Shown piece after piece: positions 5,939 through 7,931 of a stretch of DNA of 7,931 nucleotides (the stretch's first letter is position 1; each line of letters opens with the position of its first letter). The notes beneath the pieces are model-generated. The model saw only the letters and a program-made list of their open reading frames with translations. It made no database searches and was not told where the DNA came from. Made by a program: the position numbers and the translations under genes. The DNA comes from a virus (taxonomy: Duplodnaviria; Heunggongvirae; Uroviricota; Caudoviricetes): IMG/VR virus record IMGVR_UViG_2684622582_000001, positions 1 through 7,931 of that record; one strand, given 5' to 3'.

Positions 5939-6349
5939 GTGAAGCAAACAATATTCCTCCGAACTAAGCAACAACAGCAAGCCGCAATCAACGCCATCCT
6001 CGCAACACCACTCGATAAAGACAAGCCAGTCACCATCCGCATTATTGACTACAAGCGCAACCTTGATCAGAACGCAAAATTTCACGCGATGCTGGCGGAT
6101 ATCGCACGTCAGGTTCAATGGTGCGGCAAATGGTTAAAACCGGAACAATGGAAGGTTTTGTTGATTAGCGGTCATGCAGTGGCAACAAAACAGGAAGCTG
6201 ATGTTTTGCGCGGCCTTGAAGGCGAATTCGTCAACATTCGCGAAAGCAGCGCGCAGATGAGTGTGAATCGTATGGCAAGTCTGATTGAGTACACGACAGC
6301 ATGGGCTATTGGTCAGGGTGTCAGATTTACCGACAGGAGGTACGAATGA
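5939..6349 (+). CDS. ninB: NinB-family protein (recombination/Orf family)
   Basis: GTG start at 5939 with AAGGAG RBS (5927-5932). 136-aa product whose central region ([34 protein letters not shown]) parallels lambda NinB as recalled (LDQNRKLWACLGDVSRQVEWHGRWLDAESWKCVF). Position follows the replication genes. Confidence 0.85.
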   Translation: MKQTIFLRTKQQQQAAINAILATPLDKDKPVTIRIIDYKRNLDQNAKFHAMLADIARQVQWCGKWLKPEQWKVLLISGHAVATKQEADVLRGLEGEFVNIRESSAQMSVNRMASLIEYTTAWAIGQGVRFTDRRYE

Positions 6350-6522
6350 GACGACAGCGACGAAGTTTCACCGACATCATCTGCGAAAACTGCAAATACC
6401 TTCCAACCAAACGCTCCAGAAATAAACGCAAGCCAATCCCAAAAGAATCTGACGTAAAAACCTTCAATTACACGGCTCACCTGTGGGATATCCGGTGGCT
6501 AAGACATCGTGCGAGGAAATGA
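6346..6522 (+). CDS. ninE: NinE-family protein
   Basis: ATG at 6346 overlaps the ninB stop (ATGA) with a strong AGGAGG RBS (6334-6339). 58-aa basic product [40 protein letters not shown]..., which I recognise as NinE-like. The track's start at 6301 lies inside ninB and is rejected. Confidence 0.8.
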   Translation: MRRQRRSFTDIICENCKYLPTKRSRNKRKPIPKESDVKTFNYTAHLWDIRWLRHRARK

Positions 6523-6926
6523 CAATGCTTTTAATTCAACCTGGATTTGGCCTTAGCATCAAAAAATGGCACATGTTTGGCGAGAAAAAGTCTCAACGAA
6601 AAATGGTGCTTATCAAGTTGCCATTTATCAGTATTTGTTGGCTAAACAGGGAGTCAGCAAATTATTTGTCTACATGCGCCAGAGCAGCATTTAACGACCC
6701 TGAGTGGTTTGTAGAAAACCATCACGCTGTTCGTCAGGCAAAGAGAAAGGCCAAAACGACATACATGAAGGCGTATCGAAAAGCATGGAAAGAACACCGC
6801 GATCGATACCAACAAGACATGGAAAAGCTTGAATCAGAAAACATGGAATTAAGACGAAAGCTCGGTGAAGCAAAACGAGACATTGATGCTTACAAGCGAC
6901 TTTTTAATGGTGAAAGCCATGCCTAG
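6519..6926 (+). CDS. Hypothetical protein at the P22 ninX position (between ninE and ninF), C-terminal coiled-coil-like region
   Basis: ATG at 6519 overlaps the ninE stop (ATGA) with GAGGAA upstream. 135-aa product; the C-terminal half is strongly charged and heptad-like ([41 protein letters not shown]). Start is uncertain, and an alternative-frame 42-aa ORF (6566..6694) sits inside it. Confidence 0.5.
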   Translation: MTMLLIQPGFGLSIKKWHMFGEKKSQRKMVLIKLPFISICWLNRESANYLSTCARAAFNDPEWFVENHHAVRQAKRKAKTTYMKAYRKAWKEHRDRYQQDMEKLESENMELRRKLGEAKRDIDAYKRLFNGESHA

Positions 6927-7095
6927 CCCATCCCAAACCCTTCAATACCAGAAAGAAAGCGTCGAGCGGGCTTTAACGTGCGCTAACTGCGGTCAGAAGC
7001 TGCATGTGCTGGAAGTTCACGTGTGCTCCGATTGCTGCGCAGAACTGATGAGCGATCCGAATAGCTCAATGTACGAGGAAGAAGACGATGAATGA
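6919..7095 (+). CDS. ninF: NinF-family protein (Cys-rich, zinc-binding-like)
   Basis: 58-aa product [58 protein letters not shown], near-identical in pattern to lambda NinF as recalled. Start is chosen at the internal ATG at 6919, not the track's 6865. Confidence 0.85.
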   Translation: MPSPSQTLQYQKESVERALTCANCGQKLHVLEVHVCSDCCAELMSDPNSSMYEEEDDE

Positions 7096-7810
7096 GTTAA
7101 TAAATGGCAACGCCATCAAAATGACAAGCATTGAAATCGCTGAGTTGGTGGGAAGTCGTCCAGATAACGTAAAAATATCAATAGAGCGCCTGGCTAAATC
7201 TGGAGTTATTCAACTTCCTGCATTGCAGGTTTTCGAAAAAATCAATAACTTAGGACTGCGCCGTAGTGTCGAGGCTTACGTCTTCGAAGGCGAACAAGGT
7301 AAGCGCGACAGCATTATTGTCGTTGCCCAGTTGTCGCCGGAATTCACCGCTCGTCTTGTTGACCGTTGGCGAGAGCTTGAAGAAACTGCGGTTAATATCC
7401 CCAAAACACTACCAGAAGCGTTGCGCCTTGCTGCTGATCTTGCTGAGCAGAAAATGCAACTGGAAAACCAGCTCGCAATTGCCGCACCTAAAGTTGAGTT
7501 TGCCGATCGCGTTGGCGAGGCCAGCGGAATTTTGATTGGAAACTTTGCAAAGGTTGTTGGTATTGGTCCAAACAAACTGTTTGCGTGGATGCGCGATCAC
7601 AAAATCCTTATTGCTTCAGGTTCCCGGCGCAATGTGCCAATGCAGGAATATATGGATCGCGGCTATTTCACAGTGAAAGAAACAGCGGTCAACACAAATC
7701 ACGGAATACAGATATCGTTCACCACAAAAATCACCGGGCGTGGTCAACAGTGGCTGACCAGAAAGCTGCTCGATAACGGAATGCTGAAAGTAACAGGGGA
7801 GGCTGCTTAA
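7088..7810 (+). CDS. Rha-family regulator / antirepressor-like protein with C-terminal KilA-C (Ant) domain
   Basis: 240-aa ORF whose ATG at 7088 overlaps the ninF 3' end, with GAGGAAG RBS. The N-terminal pattern ([23 protein letters not shown]) resembles Rha-type phage regulators. The C-terminal region ([40 protein letters not shown]...[15 protein letters not shown]) resembles KilA-C/Ant domains. Domain assignment is by recalled pattern only. Confidence 0.7.
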   Translation: MNELINGNAIKMTSIEIAELVGSRPDNVKISIERLAKSGVIQLPALQVFEKINNLGLRRSVEAYVFEGEQGKRDSIIVVAQLSPEFTARLVDRWRELEETAVNIPKTLPEALRLAADLAEQKMQLENQLAIAAPKVEFADRVGEASGILIGNFAKVVGIGPNKLFAWMRDHKILIASGSRRNVPMQEYMDRGYFTVKETAVNTNHGIQISFTTKITGRGQQWLTRKLLDNGMLKVTGEAA

Positions 7811-7931
7811 TGGCTAAACCAGCGCGAAGGAAATGCAAAATATGCAAGGAATGGTTTCACCCGGCATTCTCAAATCAGTGGTGGTGCTGCCCGGAACACG
7901 GAACTCAGTTAGCACTCGAACTACAAAGTAA
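7810..7931 (+). CDS. ninG: NinG (Rap) family recombination-associated protein, 5' partial (runs off the window)
   Basis: ATG at 7810-7812 overlaps the preceding stop (TAATG). The 40 codons open to the window edge encode [40 protein letters not shown], matching the lambda NinG N-terminus as recalled. Absent from the ORF track because it is truncated. Confidence 0.8.
   Translation, partial: MAKPARRKCKICKEWFHPAFSNQWWCCPEHGTQLALELQS

Noticed and set aside
5152-6118. Minus-strand ORFs 5152..5343, 5186..5590, 5358..5543, 5845..6042 and 5936..6118
   Set aside because: They are antisense to the tightly packed, RBS-supported plus-strand small genes and ninB, and the whole region is organised as one rightward operon.
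6301-6345. Extended start of the ninE frame (track start 6301)
   Set aside because: It lies inside ninB; the ATG at 6346 has a strong AGGAGG RBS and ATGA coupling to the ninB stop.
6691-6873. 60-aa minus-strand ORF
   Set aside because: It is antisense to the ninX-position ORF and has no RBS; shadow ORF.
7266-7776. Overlapping ORFs on both strands inside the Rha/KilA-C-like gene (7266..7535 +, 7276..7575 -, 7409..7600 -, 7585..7776 +)
   Set aside because: They are alternative-frame or antisense ORFs within a gene whose own frame shows recognisable domain patterns; none has independent start signals.
1-7931. CRISPR array, tRNA/rRNA genes, IS or transposon ends, integrase and att sites
   Set aside because: No regularly spaced direct repeats, no tRNA-like cloverleaf candidates, no terminal inverted repeats flanking a transposase-like ORF, and no recombinase ORF were found; the window is internal to the phage early region.

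Overview
This window is the early control, replication and proximal nin region of a lambdoid (P22/lambda-mosaic) temperate phage or prophage, read entirely from the sequence and the supplied ORF track. Leftward (minus strand) lie a P22 c2-type repressor (1454..2104), an N-family antiterminator (836..1135) and, distal to N, a visibly AT-rich 207-aa gene of unrecognised function (201..824). Rightward (plus strand) lie cro, a cII-like activator, an O-like initiator with internal ori iterons, a DnaB-family helicase, three to four tightly packed small genes (two or three predicted membrane peptides), ninB, ninE, a NinX-position ORF, ninF, a Rha/KilA-C antirepressor-like gene inserted before ninG, and the 5' end of ninG running off the window. 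Regulatory sites resolved include three P22-type OR operators with pR, an OL operator with a pL candidate, nutL and nutR sharing an identical non-lambda boxB hairpin, and a leftward terminator inside the cII 3' end (oop-like). The strongest candidates for an undescribed accessory function are the AT-rich gene distal to N and the small-membrane-protein cluster between the helicase and ninB; their functions cannot be assigned from sequence alone. No integrase, attachment site, tRNA, CRISPR array or IS element is present, so integrated versus free phage cannot be decided here. Protein identifications rest on recalled similarity to P22 and lambda proteins, not on a database search.
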